The translations under genes and the position numbers were made by a program. Source: Lysobacterales bacterium (lineage in GTDB: Bacteria; Pseudomonadota; Gammaproteobacteria; Xanthomonadales; S139-57). From it: a stretch of 32,488 nucleotides of DNA. Positions 1 through 10,291 of the stretch are shown piece after piece; the stretch's first letter is position 1; the number at the start of each line of letters is the position of its first letter. Below the pieces are notes generated by a model that saw only the letters and a list, made by a program, of their open reading frames with translations, made no database searches and was not told the DNA's origin. The stretch covers positions 1-32,488 of the forward strand of contig JALWTZ010000003.1 in assembly GCA_026993285.1 (NCBI GenBank), read 5' to 3'.

Positions 1-527
1 TCGAAACGCTGTACCACCCGGAAATACTGCTGCAGGGCCTGTTGCCAGGCCTGTACATGGCCATCGCCGTCAATGGGGTTGATCAGGCCCATGCTGGGCC
101 GGCCGGACCAGCGCAGGATTTCCATTTCCGCTTCATACTCCGGGCTGTAGGGTACGGACCCGTCCACCACATAGAGGATGGCCGCGCCTGCCACCAGCGG
201 GCGCAAAAGAGCGGTTTCATCCGGGAAGCGCTGCTGGCAGTCCGGGTCTTCCACAAACCGGGCCACGGTTTCCGCTCGCCGGTGAGCACCGCTTTCCTGC
301 TGCCTGAGCCAGGCCAGTACCGCATGGGGACGCTGGAAGCCCGGGGTATCCACCAGACAATAGTGTCCGCCCGCATTCTCGTAGCGGTAGGAGGCTGCCG
401 CCGTGGTGGTGCCTGATTGCCGGGCAATGGCAATGCTGTCATCCCGTGCCAGCGTGGCGACAATGGACGACTTGCCCTTGTTGGGATGACCCACCACGGC
501 AAAACAGGGTTCATGCTGGGATTTCAT
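1..527 (-). CDS. GTPase / DUF3482-type protein (partial, 3' end runs off the window; missed by the ORF track)
   Basis: Manual translation from ATG 527 (ATGA overlap with the upstream stop): MKSQHEPCFAVVGHPNKGKSSIVATL...SGTT...LVDTPGFQ...ILYVVDGS...LINPID. These are the G1 (GxxxxGKS), G2 and G3 (DTPG) motifs. Confidence 0.85.
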   Translation of the reverse strand, partial: MKSQHEPCFAVVGHPNKGKSSIVATLARDDSIAIARQSGTTTAAASYRYENAGGHYCLVDTPGFQRPHAVLAWLRQQESGAHRRAETVARFVEDPDCQQRFPDETALLRPLVAGAAILYVVDGSVPYSPEYEAEMEILRWSGRPSMGLINPIDGDGHVQAWQQALQQYFRVVQRF

Positions 528-1558
528 GGCCAATGCAATACCTTCCATCCAGGGAGTGCGGCAGCAAAACGACGCCATTCCTGCCAGTGGGAAGCCTCTG
601 GATGCTGAAGCTGACTTTCCTTCCAGGCCAACGGCAGAATCAGCCCCCGGGTTCCGTTCAGCCGGTCGGCCAGTTCCGCCAGTGGCGGCTCCCAGGCACG
701 CACCACGACCACCAGCGGTTGACCGGTTCCACCGGCCCAATCCCGGATGGCCATTGCCGGCTCGGGCAACTGTCCGGCAATCTCGCGTGGCAGCCAGGCG
801 GCATCCAGCCACTGGGCATCGGGTGGCCATTGATTCGTAGTGGTACCCAGGTCCAGTGCTTGTACCGTGGTCTCGGTGCGAGTAACCGGTTCCGGTGTCT
901 GCAACTGCCGCAACCGCCAGGCGGCGTGGAGCAATAACAGAAAACGCGGCAGCACCACATAGAAAAACTGTGCAGCCAGGACAAAGGTCCACCAGCGGGA
1001 GAAAGGTGCCTGTGCGTCAGGCAGAGCCAGTCGATTGCCCTGCGTCTGCTCCAGGAGATCGAGACTAGGCTGGGCCGCCTCCCAGAACGACCAGGGCCAG
1101 GCCAGCAGCCGCAGCCATGGCTCCAGATCCTGTGCCGTGAGCAGGGTACTGCGCCAGACAAAATGCAGGTCGGTGAACAACAGCAACAGCCAGAGGGCCA
1201 GCACGGTACCCAGACTCAACCCCAGCATCAACCATTGCCCGCTCAGCAGCAGCCACCAGAAACTGCCTCCTTGCAGACGATATTGACGCAATTGTGCCTT
1301 CCAGGTAGCAGGCAACAGCGGCAAATGCTGCCAGCCCGCTGGCGGAATCCAGCTCTGCTTGCGCAACAAGGCCAGCAAAGTCAGCAACAATGTCAGCACC
1401 GGCAACCCTACCAGCAATGACAACACCGCCAGCAGGTTAACCTGACCATGGGCATCCCCTGCCAGCAGGGGCCAGCTGAGCAGGCAGCCGACAGCCAGCC
1501 CCAACAGCATCATGCCGGGCTGTATCCAGGATTCATGTGTCAGGGTGGAGTGATTCAA
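524..1558 (-). CDS. DUF2868-like membrane protein
   Basis: Several hydrophobic segments, DLHFVWRSTLL, YVVLPR and WEPP motifs; coupled to the GTPase gene. TTG start is uncertain. Confidence 0.7.
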   Translation of the reverse strand: MNHSTLTHESWIQPGMMLLGLAVGCLLSWPLLAGDAHGQVNLLAVLSLLVGLPVLTLLLTLLALLRKQSWIPPAGWQHLPLLPATWKAQLRQYRLQGGSFWWLLLSGQWLMLGLSLGTVLALWLLLLFTDLHFVWRSTLLTAQDLEPWLRLLAWPWSFWEAAQPSLDLLEQTQGNRLALPDAQAPFSRWWTFVLAAQFFYVVLPRFLLLLHAAWRLRQLQTPEPVTRTETTVQALDLGTTTNQWPPDAQWLDAAWLPREIAGQLPEPAMAIRDWAGGTGQPLVVVVRAWEPPLAELADRLNGTRGLILPLAWKESQLQHPEASHWQEWRRFAAALPGWKVLHWP

Positions 1559-1634
1559 GCCGGGGGGTTGTGTGGTTTGCAGGCAGCCTATCCTAGCATG
1601 TTCTTTTCCGTGACCAGTACGCCGTAATCAGCCG

Positions 1635-2063
1635 CTACTCGATGTCACGAGAAAACACCACCGGCCGTTTCTCCTTCAACCAGCCATTCATGCCCTGGGC
1701 AAGGTGATAGACCTGTTTCATGCCCATGCGTTTTTCCAGAAACAGCCCTACCTGCCGGGTGCGGTTGCCGGAACGGCAGACCAGAATGAATGGCTGGTCC
1801 TTGTTCGGCACGATTTTCCTGAAACGCTCCAGCCAGCCCTGCACATCGGCCCGCCCCAATTCATCGAAAAACATCAACCGATGGGCACCGGCGATGGTGC
1901 CGGTTTCCTGCCATTCCCGCGGGGTACGGATATCAATCACCGGCACACCCTCTTTCTGCATTTGCAACAGCGCTTCCGGAGACAGGTTGTGCAACTCTGC
2001 CCTTGCGGGTGCCACCGCCAGCAAGGCAAGCAAAATACCGGATTTCAGCAAATGGTGAAACAT
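1635..2063 (-). CDS. Rhodanese-like domain protein with signal peptide
   Basis: IDIRTPREW, GTIAGA, active-site loop CRSGNRT, LAQGMNGW; N-terminal signal ending ARA. Confidence 0.9.
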   Translation of the reverse strand: MFHHLLKSGILLALLAVAPARAELHNLSPEALLQMQKEGVPVIDIRTPREWQETGTIAGAHRLMFFDELGRADVQGWLERFRKIVPNKDQPFILVCRSGNRTRQVGLFLEKRMGMKQVYHLAQGMNGWLKEKRPVVFSRDIE

Positions 2064-2093
2064 GAGCCGTAGCCTTTGATGTTTGGGAAAATA

Positions 2094-2690
2094 TTATACT
2101 ACGCCAGTTTGCAAATCCTTCACCAGTGCCGCCCGGACATCCTCTGGAACCGGGTTAACCTCGTGCTGATATTCGGGATGATTGATCAACGCCCGCAGGG
2201 GTGCTCCACTTTGTGCAGCCTGAACCATCTCCGGCGTCAGTTCGAAACGGAGAAAATGGACAGAGGAGGTTTTTTCCTCATCCTCCCGCTCCAGATCCTC
2301 ATCCGCAATGGGGCGAATCACCGGCAGATCACCGACCTGCAGGCCGACATGTTTTTCAATGCCCAGCAGTTTCTTCAGCCAGGCCCGCCGTTCCTGTTCA
2401 TCCGGAAACTCCAGCATGAAGGTGGCTTTCCAGTTGCTGCCATCCGGGATCAGCGGGTTGTAGGCATCCAGTTCCTCCTGTATGCCCTCGGGCTCGAAAA
2501 TGCGTTCGATGCGCAGCATTTCCTGGATCTGGTACTGCATGGTCAACGCATCTTCGAAATACAGGGTGGCATGCGGCCCGATGGGCAGGCGGCGGTTCTT
2601 TTTGTGCGCCATGACCTTTTGACGAAATTCCGGCCGGATGCGGGCATATTCTTCCAGTGAATACAGGTCTGAATGCGTCAGTTTCTGCAT
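2094..2690 (-). CDS. DUF3501 family protein
   Basis: QYQIQEMLRIER, YNPLIP and KTSSVHFLRF motifs; typical position after rubrerythrin and the FeS oxidoreductase. Confidence 0.9.
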   Translation of the reverse strand: MQKLTHSDLYSLEEYARIRPEFRQKVMAHKKNRRLPIGPHATLYFEDALTMQYQIQEMLRIERIFEPEGIQEELDAYNPLIPDGSNWKATFMLEFPDEQERRAWLKKLLGIEKHVGLQVGDLPVIRPIADEDLEREDEEKTSSVHFLRFELTPEMVQAAQSGAPLRALINHPEYQHEVNPVPEDVRAALVKDLQTGVV

Positions 2691-2700
2691 GTTCGCCTCC

Positions 2701-4029
2701 TCAGATACCGTAGGCCTGACGAATCAGGCTGATGGGATGTCGCGGTTCGGAACCATCGGCCAGGCCGTTGGCAATCTGTTCTCCGGCCATGGCGCAGTCA
2801 CTGCAGTAGTGATCCGGTTTCCATTGCTTGACCTTGTTGTACACCGGGCGGCCAATCTTCATGGAAGCCGGATGAAACTCCGTTTTCACCGCGTAGGTGC
2901 CATCATGGCCGGAACAACGCTCAATGGTGGTGATTTCGGTCTCCGGCACCAGCGAGAGCATTTCCCGTGTCTTGGGGCCAATACGCTGTACCCGCTGATG
3001 GCAGGCCGCATGGTAGGCCACCTTGCCCAGCGGCTGTTGGAAATCGGTTTTCAGCAGGCCATGCTTGTGGCGCAGCATCAGGTATTCGAAAGGGTCGTAG
3101 ATGTGATCCCGCACCTTGGCCACCTGTGCATCCTCGGGAAACATCAGCGGCAGTTCCTGCTTGAACATGAGCACGCAGGAGGGTACCGGAGCGATGATAT
3201 CCCAGCCTTCATCCACCAGCCGTGCCAGCTCGGGGATATTCACCGCCTTGGCCTGGGCCACCGATTCGAAATCGCCCAGTTCCAGCTTGGGCATGCCGCA
3301 GCACTGTTCCTTTTGCGGCAGGGTGACCGGAATCGCATTGTGGCGCAGCACGGCTACCAGGTCTTCCCCGCTTTGCGGGTCGTTGCGGTTGCCGTAGCAA
3401 GTGGTGAACAGGGCGACCTTGCCGGTGGTGGGGCCGGCCGGCTGCGCACCCTCGCCGCTGTCCGGCACGATGCGCTTGCGCAGGGTGTGGCTGTGGAATT
3501 TGGGCAGGCGGGCATCCTTGTGCACGCCAAAGCCCTTGTCCAGCGCCGAACGGAAGGCCGGTGTGCGGTTCAGGCCATTGACGACCTGCACCACCAGTGG
3601 AATGGTGGCGGCCTTGCCGACGGCATCCGTACTGGTGAGCACCTTGTCACGCAAGCGGGCACCGTGTTTTTTGAAATGCACCGCCTTGGCCTGCAGCATG
3701 AGGTGGGGAAAATCCACATTCCACTCATGCGGAGGCACATAGGGGCATTTGGTCAGAAAGCAGAGATCACAGAGATAGCAATGGTCCACCACCTTCTGGT
3801 AGTCGGCCTTGTCCACGCCGTCGATTTCCATGGTGTCGGATTCGTCCACCAGATCAAACAGGGTGGGAAAGGCCTGGCACAGACTGACACAGCGGCGGCA
3901 ACCATGACAGATATCGAAAACCCGCTCCATCTCCGCCAGCAACTTGTCTTCATCGTAGTATCCGGGGTTCTGCCAGTCCACCGGGTGGCGGGTGGGTGCT
4001 TCCAGACTGCCTTCTCGTTGTTGGCTCAT
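2701..4029 (-). CDS. Fe-S oxidoreductase (GlpC/heterodisulfide-reductase-like), rubrerythrin-associated
   Basis: [11 protein letters not shown] and CYLCDLC...CP ferredoxin motifs; CCG domain (QCCGMP), HAACH, CSG. Confidence 0.9.
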   Translation of the reverse strand: MSQQREGSLEAPTRHPVDWQNPGYYDEDKLLAEMERVFDICHGCRRCVSLCQAFPTLFDLVDESDTMEIDGVDKADYQKVVDHCYLCDLCFLTKCPYVPPHEWNVDFPHLMLQAKAVHFKKHGARLRDKVLTSTDAVGKAATIPLVVQVVNGLNRTPAFRSALDKGFGVHKDARLPKFHSHTLRKRIVPDSGEGAQPAGPTTGKVALFTTCYGNRNDPQSGEDLVAVLRHNAIPVTLPQKEQCCGMPKLELGDFESVAQAKAVNIPELARLVDEGWDIIAPVPSCVLMFKQELPLMFPEDAQVAKVRDHIYDPFEYLMLRHKHGLLKTDFQQPLGKVAYHAACHQRVQRIGPKTREMLSLVPETEITTIERCSGHDGTYAVKTEFHPASMKIGRPVYNKVKQWKPDHYCSDCAMAGEQIANGLADGSEPRHPISLIRQAYGI

Positions 4030-4071
4030 GGTTTCTGCCCCTCCAGTTCAATCACTTGTATTCGCGCCATC

Positions 4072-4095
4072 AAAAAAGGGGCCTTGCGGCCCCTT
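4072..4095 (-). terminator. Intrinsic terminator between rubrerythrin and the FeS oxidoreductase
   Basis: Minus strand AAGGGGCC-GCAA-GGCCCCTT then TTTT, 9 nt after the rbr stop. Confidence 0.75.
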
Positions 4096-4104
4096 GCCGG
4101 GCAC

Positions 4105-4524
4105 TCAGGCGTCCAGCGTATCCAGCGCTTTCTGGAACCGGTTGGCGTGGGAACGCTCCGCCTTGGCCAGTGTTTCGAACCAGTCGGCAATTTCGTCAAA
4201 CCCCTCGTCTCGGGCGGTCTTGGCCATGCCGGGGTACATATCGGTGTACTCGTGGGTTTCACCGGCAATGGCGGCTTTCAGGTTATCTGCCGTGCCACCG
4301 ATGGGCAGGCCGGTGGCCGGGTCACCCACTTCTTCCAGGTACTCCAGGTGACCGTGGGCATGGCCGGTTTCACCTTCGGCCGTGGAACGGAACACGGCAG
4401 CCACATCATTGTAACCTTCCACATCGGCCTTGGCGGCAAAGTAGAGGTAACGACGATTGGCCTGGGATTCGCCGGCAAAGGCGGCTTTCAGATTTTCTTC
4501 GGTTTTGGAACCTTTCAGAGACAT
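4105..4524 (-). CDS. rbr: Short rubrerythrin (no rubredoxin domain)
   Basis: [43 protein letters not shown] di-iron ligands; RBS GGAGG. Confidence 0.95.
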   Translation of the reverse strand: MSLKGSKTEENLKAAFAGESQANRRYLYFAAKADVEGYNDVAAVFRSTAEGETGHAHGHLEYLEEVGDPATGLPIGGTADNLKAAIAGETHEYTDMYPGMAKTARDEGFDEIADWFETLAKAERSHANRFQKALDTLDA

Positions 4525-4705
4525 GAGTCTTCCTCCATTGATCGGGTGTGATTACGGGTGTGCACCAGCATTGAACCGGGCACGGCCCTGTGTTTCAGCC
4601 ACCGGGGAGGCGATCACGCAAGCGCGGAACACGCCATCCGCACGCCGTGTTCCACACGCTGTTCCACCCTCCCGGCAAATCACGGATTACGCGACTTGCC
4701 CAGAC

Positions 4706-4771
4706 ACTATAGGGACAGAATCAGCCAGAGAGAAATTGTTTGTTTCAATGAGTTTGATAGATCATGACTAT
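4706..4771 (-). promoter_or_regulatory. Putative OxyR box plus -10 element of the rbr promoter
   Basis: Minus strand ATAG-N7-CTAT-N7-ATTG-N7-CAAT (4771-4735), directly followed by a weak -35 TTCTCT, 17 nt, then TATAGT (4711-4706). Confidence 0.7.
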
Positions 4772-5160
4772 TGCATCAGCGCATGCCACAGCAAGGCCGC
4801 AGACAACAGGATGATGACCATCCAGGTCAACAGCGTGCCATAGAAGCGGCCGATGGTCTTGCCCGCATCCCGCTGCAGGCCGGAAGCATGCATCAGGCGC
4901 CCCAGCAACAACAGGCCGCCGGCAGCATACAGGCCGATGACCGGCAGGGCATGGTTGAGTTCCGCCATGCCCAGCAACAACAGGCTCATGGGCACATATT
5001 CGATGAAATTGGCATGCACCCGGATGGCTCGTGCCAGTTCTTCCTGCCCGCCATGGCCGATGCCCACCTGATACTTTCTGCGCAGGCCAACCACCTGCAT
5101 GGCCAGCCAGAGCATCAACAGGGCCAGCAGTGCGGTATAGATTCCGGTAATGGGTAACAT
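4768..5160 (-). CDS. MAPEG family membrane protein
   Basis: RAIRVHANFIEYVP and GRLMHASG motifs; four TM segments. Confidence 0.9.
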   Translation of the reverse strand: MLPITGIYTALLALLMLWLAMQVVGLRRKYQVGIGHGGQEELARAIRVHANFIEYVPMSLLLLGMAELNHALPVIGLYAAGGLLLLGRLMHASGLQRDAGKTIGRFYGTLLTWMVIILLSAALLWHALMQ

Positions 5161-5217
5161 GGTGCCTCTCCCGCGGGTTATTGGTGAACAACCGGTCAGC
5201 GGCTATCATGCAGCCCA

Positions 5218-5853
5218 ATGCCAAGCGAGCGCAAGCCGATGAAAACCGAATATGACCAGCTGACCCCCACTTTGCCGGAAAACTTTCAAGAATTGGGAGA
5301 AAACAGCTTCATCTTTGTGGTGGATGATGCCCTGCCGGAGATCTTCTGCGATGAGATGGTCCGCCGCTTCGAGGCGCATCCGGATGAGCAGTATCCGGGC
5401 CGTATCGGCCAGCAGGCGGTGGAGGAGCAGAGCATCAAGCGTTCCACCGACCTGGTGGTCAGCGGCAAGGCGCACTGGAAGGATATCGACCACGCCCTGT
5501 TTCGCTCCCTGGGGCTGGCCGTCAAGGCCTTTCGTGAGCGTTACCCCTTCTTCAGGGGCCGCTTCAAGGACGTGGGCTATGCCATCCAGCGCACGCAACC
5601 CGGCGAGTTCTACCACTGGCATATCGACGGCGGCTCGCACCAGTTCGCCGACCGGCAGCTGGTGGCCGTCTGGTACCTCAATGATGTGGAAGGCCCCGGA
5701 GGCGAGACGGAATTTCTCTACCAGAACATCAAGGTCAAGCCGCGCAAGGGCCGCCTGTTGCTGTTCCCGCCCTTCTGGACCCATGTACACCGGGGTGTGG
5801 AACTGCAGGCCGGGGTGAAATACATTGCCACCACCTGGCTGTCCTTTGCATAG
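5218..5853 (+). CDS. 2OG-Fe(II) oxygenase (prolyl-4-hydroxylase-like)
   Basis: YHWHID (HxD), WYLNDV..GGETEF, FPPFWTHVHRG, KYIATTW. Start may be ATG 5239. Confidence 0.88.
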   Translation: MPSERKPMKTEYDQLTPTLPENFQELGENSFIFVVDDALPEIFCDEMVRRFEAHPDEQYPGRIGQQAVEEQSIKRSTDLVVSGKAHWKDIDHALFRSLGLAVKAFRERYPFFRGRFKDVGYAIQRTQPGEFYHWHIDGGSHQFADRQLVAVWYLNDVEGPGGETEFLYQNIKVKPRKGRLLLFPPFWTHVHRGVELQAGVKYIATTWLSFA

Positions 5854-5858
5854 GCCTG

Positions 5859-6143
5859 CTACTGGTCTTCGTCCCGCAGCAGGGCCTTCAGCTGCTGAAA
5901 ACCCTCCAGTTCCAGCAGCAGGCGGTCCCTTTCGGAGCGGGCGATATCCGCCCAGTGCCTGCCTTGCAGCGCGCCCACCATGGCATAGAGAAAATTCAGG
6001 CTGACAGTGCCCTGTGCCCGCAGCTCAAGGAAGGCCTGTACCGGCCCGATCCGCTCCAGATCGGCCCGGGTATGGATGCCAATGGCATTCAGGGCCTTTT
6101 CCGATGCCGGGCCCAGCCCCTGCAATCTTGCCAGCTCTCCCAT
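5859..6143 (-). CDS. TfoX/Sxy C-terminal domain protein
   Basis: LQGLGPASEKAL.AIGI...DL..IG, SLNFLYAMVGALQGRHW. Confidence 0.85.
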   Translation of the reverse strand: MGELARLQGLGPASEKALNAIGIHTRADLERIGPVQAFLELRAQGTVSLNFLYAMVGALQGRHWADIARSERDRLLLELEGFQQLKALLRDEDQ

Positions 6144-6283
6144 GGCTTCCCCCGTTGAGTGCTCCCGGTTCGCGGCCTACCGCTTGCGGGCCATTGTAAA
6201 CGGCCTTCTCTCTTCCGTGCTATCCACCGGCCCGGCCGGGCATGCTATGTTTTCGCCTTTCCCTTGTGATGATGGAGTTCACC

Positions 6284-8131
6284 ATGCCGCCGCTGCGTTC
6301 CAATACCACCACCCAGGGCCGCAACATGGCCGGTGCGCGCGCCCTGTGGCGGGCCACCGGCGTGAAGGATGAGGAATTCGGCAAGCCCATCATTGCCGTG
6401 GTCAATTCCTACACCCAGTTCGTGCCCGGACATGTGCACCTGAAAAACCTGGGGGACCGGGTGGCCGATGCCATCCGCGAGGCCGGCGGCATCCCGCGGG
6501 AGTTCAACACCATCGCGGTGGATGACGGCATTGCCATGGGCCACGGCGGCATGCTCTATTCTCTGCCGTCCCGGGAGCTGATCGCCGATTCGGTGGAGTA
6601 CATGGTCAACGCCCACTGTGCCGATGCCATGGTCTGCATTTCCAACTGCGACAAGATCACCCCCGGCATGCTGATGGCCGCCATGCGGCTGAACATACCG
6701 GCGGTGTTCGTTTCCGGCGGGCCCATGGAAGCGGGCAAGACCCGCCTGGCCGACGGCGAGCACAAGCTGGACCTGGTGGATGCCATGGTGGCGGCGGTGA
6801 CCGATTCGGTCAGCGATGCCGACAGCGAGCGCATCGAGCGTTCCGCCTGCCCCACCTGCGGTTCCTGCTCCGGCATGTTTACCGCCAATTCCATGAACTG
6901 CCTGGCCGAGGCACTGGGGCTGGCCCTGCCGGGCAACGGCTCGCTGCTGGCCACCCATGCCGACCGCAAGGGGCTGTTCGAGCAGGCGGGCCGGCGGGTG
7001 GTGGAACTGTGCCGCCGCTGGTACGAACAGGAAGACACCCGTGCCCTGCCCCGTGGCATCGCCACCTTCGAGGCCTTTGAAAACGCCATGGCGCTGGATA
7101 TCGCCATGGGCGGCTCCACCAACACCGTGCTGCATCTGCTGGCCATCGCCCGCGAAGGGGAAGTGCCCTTCACCATGGCGGATATCGACCGGATGTCGCG
7201 CAAGGTGCCACACCTGTGCAAGGTGGCGCCATCCACACCGCTGTATCACATGGAAGATGTACACCGCGCCGGCGGGGTGATGGGCATTCTGGGCGAACTG
7301 CAGCGGGCCGGCCTGCTGCATGAAGATACCCCCACGGTGCACAGCGCCACCCTGGGCGAAGCCCTGCAACAGTGGGATATCCGGCAAACCACGGACGAAA
7401 GCGTGTTGCGCTTCTACCGGGCCGGGCCGGCGGGCATTCCCACCCAGGAGGCCTTCTCCCAGAACTGCCGCTGGGAAAGCCTGGACGACGACCGCGAAAC
7501 CGGCTGTATCCGCGACCTGGCCCATGCCTATTCCGCTGACGGTGGCCTGGCGGTACTGTTCGGCAACCTGGCCGAGAAAGGCTGCATCGTCAAGACCGCC
7601 GGCGTGGCCGAGAACTGCCTGCGGTTCACCGGCCGGGCCCGGATTTTCGAATCCCAGGAAGCGGCGGTGGAAGCCATACTGGGTGACCGGATCGAAGCCG
7701 GTGATGTGGTGCTGATCCGCTACGAGGGGCCGAAGGGTGGCCCCGGCATGCAGGAGATGCTCTATCCCACTTCCTACCTCAAGGCCAAGGGGCTGGGAGC
7801 GCAATGCGCCCTGATTACCGATGGCCGTTTCTCCGGCGGCACCTCCGGCCTTTCCATCGGCCATGTCTCGCCGGAAGCGGCCGCCGGCGGCACCATCGGC
7901 CTGGTGGAAGAAGGCGACCGCATCGAAATCGACATTCCCGCCCGTCGCATTCACCTGGCGGTAGCCGAGGACGAGCTGGCCCGGCGCCGGGCCGCCATGG
8001 AAGCCCGACCCCGCCCCTGGCAGCCAGAAAACCGCCAGCGCAGCGTGAGCCGGGCTCTGCAGGCCTACGCCCTGCTGGCCACTTCCGCCGACACCGGTGC
8101 CGTGCGCCGCCTGCCGGGCGAAGAGGCATGA
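6284..8131 (+). CDS. ilvD: Dihydroxy-acid dehydratase
   Basis: [52 protein letters not shown]. Start ATG 6284 after RBS GGAG. Confidence 0.98.
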   Translation: MPPLRSNTTTQGRNMAGARALWRATGVKDEEFGKPIIAVVNSYTQFVPGHVHLKNLGDRVADAIREAGGIPREFNTIAVDDGIAMGHGGMLYSLPSRELIADSVEYMVNAHCADAMVCISNCDKITPGMLMAAMRLNIPAVFVSGGPMEAGKTRLADGEHKLDLVDAMVAAVTDSVSDADSERIERSACPTCGSCSGMFTANSMNCLAEALGLALPGNGSLLATHADRKGLFEQAGRRVVELCRRWYEQEDTRALPRGIATFEAFENAMALDIAMGGSTNTVLHLLAIAREGEVPFTMADIDRMSRKVPHLCKVAPSTPLYHMEDVHRAGGVMGILGELQRAGLLHEDTPTVHSATLGEALQQWDIRQTTDESVLRFYRAGPAGIPTQEAFSQNCRWESLDDDRETGCIRDLAHAYSADGGLAVLFGNLAEKGCIVKTAGVAENCLRFTGRARIFESQEAAVEAILGDRIEAGDVVLIRYEGPKGGPGMQEMLYPTSYLKAKGLGAQCALITDGRFSGGTSGLSIGHVSPEAAAGGTIGLVEEGDRIEIDIPARRIHLAVAEDELARRRAAMEARPRPWQPENRQRSVSRALQAYALLATSADTGAVRRLPGEEA

Positions 8132-9645
8132 GCACAGACCCGCAACTGCTGCACCGGCTGGTACGGGCCATTGGCCGGGCACGGGTCTACGATGTGGCCC
8201 ACCGCACCCCGCTGCAGCTGACCGAACTGCTCAGCCAGCGTTGTGACCAGCAGATCTTTCTCAAGCGGGAAGACCTGCAGCGCACCCATTCCTTCAAGTG
8301 CCGGGGCAGTTACAACCGCATCGTGCAACTGCCCCTGGGCACCAGCGGCGTAATCGCCGCATCCGCCGGCAACCATGCCCAGGGCGTGGCCCTGGGTGCC
8401 CGTGAACGGGGCCTGCCGGCCACCATCGTCATGCCGCGCACCACCCCGCGCATCAAGGTACAGGCAGTGGAACGCTACGGCCCGCATATCGTGCTCTTTG
8501 GCGACAATTTCGACCAGGCCAAGGCCCACGCCCTGAAACTGGCGCAGGAAAACGGCTGGCAGATGATCCACCCCTTCGATGATTTCGATGTCATCGCCGG
8601 CCAGGGCACAGTAGGCAAGGAGATTCTCGACGAGGAACCGGATGTGGATGTGGTCTTCGTACCCGTGGGTGGTGGCGGCCTGCTGGCCGGCGTGGCCGCC
8701 TGGATCAAACACCTGCACCCGGACTGCCGCATCGTGGCGGTGGAAGCGGAAGAATCCGCCTGCTTCGCCGCCGCCCGCGAAGCCGGCCAGCCGGTGGACC
8801 TCAACACCGTGGACAGCTTTGCCGACGGGGTGGCCGTCAAGCGCATCGGCGAGCTGGCCTTCTCCATCGCCAACCCGCTGGTGGACGAAGTGATTACCGT
8901 ATCCGCCGATGCCATCTGCGCCGCCATCAAGGCCGTGTATGAAAACACCCGCTCCATCGCCGAACCGGCCGGCGCGCTGGCCCTGGCCGGGCTGAAGCAA
9001 TGGGTGAAGCAGGCGCCGGAGCCCAACATGAAACTGGTGGCCCTGCTCAGCGGTGCCAACATCGACTTTCACAACCTGCGCTACATTTCCGAACGCACGG
9101 AACTGGGCGAGCACCGCGAAGCCCTGTTCGCGGTGACCATTCCGGAAAAACCCGGCGAATTTCTCAAGCTCAGCCGGGCCCTGCACGGGCGTAACATCAC
9201 CGAATTCAACTACCGCTACAACGACGACCGTGCCGCGCAGATTTTCATCGGCGTGCAAACCCCCGGCGGGCGCAAGGAAGGCCAGGCGGTGCATCAGGAA
9301 CTGGAACAGGCCGGCTACCCGGTGATGGACCTGAGCGACAACGAAACCGCCAAGCTGCACCTGCGCTATCTCATGGGCGGCCATGCCGCCAACAACGGTG
9401 AATACCTGTTTCGTTTTGAATTCCCGGAACGCCCCGGCGCGCTGATCCAGTTTCTCGAAGCGCTGGGCATGCGCTGGAACATCAGCCTGTTCCACTACCG
9501 CAACCATGGTGCGGCCATGGGGCGGGTACTGCTAGGTCTACAGGCACCGGAAGGGCAAAGGGAGGCACTGCTGGCCACCCTGACCCAGACGGGCTACCCC
9601 TTTGTGGACGAAAGCGAAAATCCGGCCTGTCGTTTGTTTCTCTGA
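8128..9645 (+). CDS. ilvA: Threonine ammonia-lyase, biosynthetic
   Basis: KREDLQ..HSFKCRG (PLP Lys), [10 protein letters not shown]-terminal regulatory repeats ([20 protein letters not shown]). ATG 8128 overlaps the ilvD stop. Confidence 0.96.
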   Translation: MSTDPQLLHRLVRAIGRARVYDVAHRTPLQLTELLSQRCDQQIFLKREDLQRTHSFKCRGSYNRIVQLPLGTSGVIAASAGNHAQGVALGARERGLPATIVMPRTTPRIKVQAVERYGPHIVLFGDNFDQAKAHALKLAQENGWQMIHPFDDFDVIAGQGTVGKEILDEEPDVDVVFVPVGGGGLLAGVAAWIKHLHPDCRIVAVEAEESACFAAAREAGQPVDLNTVDSFADGVAVKRIGELAFSIANPLVDEVITVSADAICAAIKAVYENTRSIAEPAGALALAGLKQWVKQAPEPNMKLVALLSGANIDFHNLRYISERTELGEHREALFAVTIPEKPGEFLKLSRALHGRNITEFNYRYNDDRAAQIFIGVQTPGGRKEGQAVHQELEQAGYPVMDLSDNETAKLHLRYLMGGHAANNGEYLFRFEFPERPGALIQFLEALGMRWNISLFHYRNHGAAMGRVLLGLQAPEGQREALLATLTQTGYPFVDESENPACRLFL

Positions 9646-9652
9646 AGAAGGG

Positions 9653-9683
9653 AAAAGCCGGCGGGGACAACTATCCCGCCGGC
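9653..9683. terminator. Hairpin between convergent genes
   Basis: GCCGGCGGG...CCCGCCGGC stem preceded by AAAA (a U-tract on the minus strand). Confidence 0.6.
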
Positions 9684-9695
9684 CCAGGCTGGCTG

Positions 9696-10169
9696 TCAGC
9701 GACGGCCGGACTCGGCACCCGGCCGGTTTGCTGCGGGTACGGCATCCACTGGCCTGACCAGAACTTCCAGGGAGAAGCGGGTGGATTCAGGTGTGTAACC
9801 ACCGATGGTGAGCGTAGCTTTCCGGTTCAGGAACGCGCCCAGTTGTACCGGTTCACCCTTCAAGCTGGATTGAGCGCCGGCAAGGATATCCAGCATCGCA
9901 TAAGGCTCTCCCTTTGGGCTCACTGCCAGCTCCGTAATGGTCAGCTGAACCTGATACAGGCGGGTGCCTTCACCATCCCGAAACGCAAGCTGCCCGGTCT
10001 TGCCCTCGGCCAGGGTCATGGCGGCATCGAAGGCCTTGCCTGCATCGTTGATGGCCAGCGCCACTTCAAAAAGCCGGGGCGAGGCTGCTTGGGCCGGGGT
10101 CAGGAAAAGGAACAGGGACAGAAGGGGCAGCAGAGCGCCTTCCTTTTTCATGCCTGGGTTTGAAAACAT
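9696..10169 (-). CDS. Hypothetical exported protein
   Basis: RBS GGAG, signal peptide ending AQA, beta-rich mature region; no family recognised. Confidence 0.6.
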   Translation of the reverse strand: MFSNPGMKKEGALLPLLSLFLFLTPAQAASPRLFEVALAINDAGKAFDAAMTLAEGKTGQLAFRDGEGTRLYQVQLTITELAVSPKGEPYAMLDILAGAQSSLKGEPVQLGAFLNRKATLTIGGYTPESTRFSLEVLVRPVDAVPAANRPGAESGRR

Positions 10170-10252
10170 ACCGATCTCCTTGGTTGTTGGGTTGGCAAAG
10201 GCAGGCTAGCTGTTTGCCGTCATGGTTTCAAGCCTGGGAAAAATGCCCTCGC

Positions 10253-10283
10253 AATAAAACCGGCAGGGCGCACACCCTGCCGG
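10253..10283 (-). terminator. Intrinsic terminator of the fibre cluster
   Basis: Minus strand CCGGCAGGGTG-TG-CGCCCTGCCGG-TTTTATT just after the stop at 10292. Confidence 0.75.
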
Positions 10284-10291
10284 ATGACTGC

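Noticed and set aside
83-514. 143-aa minus-strand ORF
   Set aside because: Wrong frame; the GTPase frame starting at 527 carries the recognisable motifs.
2638-4551. 637-aa plus-strand ORF
   Set aside because: Antisense shadow of rbr and the oxidoreductase in GC-rich DNA; no motifs.
6245-9507. 645-aa and 480-aa minus-strand ORFs
   Set aside because: Antisense shadows of ilvD and ilvA.
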